Part shown: positions 28,864 to 29,706 of the stretch, piece after piece
Layout: each line of letters starts with the position of its first letter
Numbering within the stretch: position 1 is the stretch's first letter
Source of the DNA: an uncultured Pseudomonadota bacterium
Lineage (GTDB): Bacteria > BMS3Abin14
Direction of reading: 5' to 3'
DNA: 29,706 nucleotides
Assembly: GCA_964454175.1 (NCBI GenBank)
Contig: CAYVSA010000016.1
Span: 3,654-33,359 of the forward strand
The notes under the pieces: generated by a model
Database searches by the model: none
Seen by the model: the letters and a program-made list of their open reading frames with translations, nothing else
What the model was told of the DNA's origin: nothing
Position numbers and translations under genes: made by a program

Positions 28864-29109
28864 TTAACCGTGGCACTTGACACACAGCGGCTCTAATCCG
28901 ATCTCCCGGGGAGTGGACGGCATCTCTCCACCTATTAGCTTGTTGCCCGGTCCATGGCAGAGGAAGCACGATCGGCCCTCAAGGGCAAGCTCGTCATGCA
29001 TTTTGACCATCTCTGGGCACTTGCTGTGGCAGGTACAGGCTGCGTATAGGGAAGGGGACCACAGGCTGAGGATAAGGGCAACAGAGCACAAAACATAAAA
29101 AGGCCGCAC
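28864..29109 (-). CDS. Small secreted multiheme c-type cytochrome (2 CxxCH plus 1 CxCH)
   Basis: Signal peptide, CFLCH, CVKCH and CTCH; GTG start overlaps the upstream TAG, with GGAGAGAGG SD-like sequence. Confidence 0.8.
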   Translation of the reverse strand: MRPFYVLCSVALILSLWSPSLYAACTCHSKCPEMVKMHDELALEGRSCFLCHGPGNKLIGGEMPSTPREIGLEPLCVKCHG

Positions 29110-29516
29110 TAACCTCTCTCCAGGAAGCGTTTACAAAGACCTATACCGTGAACGTGAACGTCTCTGATCTCCCCTATATTCGCAATAAACTCATCTGGGA
29201 ACTCTTCAGTGAGGAGTTCATCCAGTTTTCTCAGCACCCATTCCTGGCCCTTTACGAGAAGTTCAAGGCGCTTTACATCATCGTCCAGAGCCATTACTTT
29301 ATCGGCAAAGTCTCCGACGCCGCTGCCCCCACTCTCTCCGGCACTCAGTATCAAGCGCCCGAGTATCCTGCAGCTTTTCCTCTCACCATCAAGGATGCTG
29401 ACAAGAAGGGCAGTAAAGTCCTGGTCCTCGGTGTCCGCGATCAGTGCTCTTGACACGGCCACCCCGGCACGTTCTGCTTCGAGCAGTGTTATGAGACTAT
29501 CTGCAATATCAGCCAT
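29109..29516 (-). CDS. Ferritin-like four-helix protein, DUF6306-like
   Basis: LLEAERAG, GE..SC, GDF..KV.A, RLELLVKGQEWVLRKL, late H.H; SD GGAGGTG at 29529-29523; family recalled by eye. Confidence 0.7.
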   Translation of the reverse strand: MADIADSLITLLEAERAGVAVSRALIADTEDQDFTALLVSILDGERKSCRILGRLILSAGESGGSGVGDFADKVMALDDDVKRLELLVKGQEWVLRKLDELLTEEFPDEFIANIGEIRDVHVHGIGLCKRFLERG

Positions 29517-29563
29517 ATGTAACACCTCCAATGATGATCAAAACAGATTTTCTGTAAATATAG

Positions 29564-29581
29564 CATTGATTTATGTCAATG
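29564..29581. promoter_or_regulatory. FNR/Dnr/HcpR-type binding box
   Basis: CATTGAT-TTAT-GTCAATG; core TTGAT-N4-GTCAA is one mismatch from TTGAT-N4-ATCAA; centred ~56 nt upstream of the 29516 start. Confidence 0.75.
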
Positions 29582-29585
29582 ATTA

Positions 29586-29706
29586 GTAATGATCTGGTTT
29601 CTAGTTTCTAGTTTCGGGTGTCGCTGCGCTCCGGTCCAATGTCCAACGTTAAATCAGTTCCATGTTCCAAGTTCCAGGTAAAGAACTTCTAGAAACAAGA
29701 AACTGG
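29586..29706. repeat. Composite heptamer-array region (TCTGGTT/TCTAGTT, GTCCAA, GTTCCAN, inverted CTAGAAA/CAAGAAA) running to the window edge
   Basis: Outer inverted TTTCTRG arrays (29593-29615 and 29689-29706) enclose GTCCAA and GTTCCAT-GTTCCAA-GTTCCAG arrays (29657-29677). Confidence 0.8.

Overview
A mostly housekeeping, plus-strand bacterial chromosome segment. Gene content and order resemble deltaproteobacteria/Desulfobacterota, but this taxonomy is inference. Gene order: ftsH-folP-cdaA-cdaR-glmM-pdxJ-acpS-nnr-CBS-tsaE, alaC-like aminotransferase, asd, an orphan ecfT, truA, a branched-chain amino acid (HAAT/Liv) ABC operon, a secreted FG-GAP/VCBS protein, uvrB-uvrC, mobB, a lytic transglycosylase, pgsA and tRNA-Gly(GCC). 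The window ends with a Crp/Fnr regulator convergent on a three-gene operon (ferritin-like DUF6306-type protein, small c-type cytochrome, YgbA-like protein) that has an FNR-type box upstream. Three things stand out. (1) The LivG ATPase carries a ~139-aa, ~4-transmembrane-helix insertion inside its nucleotide-binding domain, with all catalytic motifs intact. (2) Several families of intergenic 7-nt-period repeat arrays occur as inverted pairs and as near-identical direct copies bracketing whole gene blocks. (3) A compact, probably nitrosative-stress module includes a tiny cytochrome with a non-canonical CxCH motif. No integrase, transposase or CRISPR array was seen. All family assignments come from motif recognition by eye; no database searches were run.
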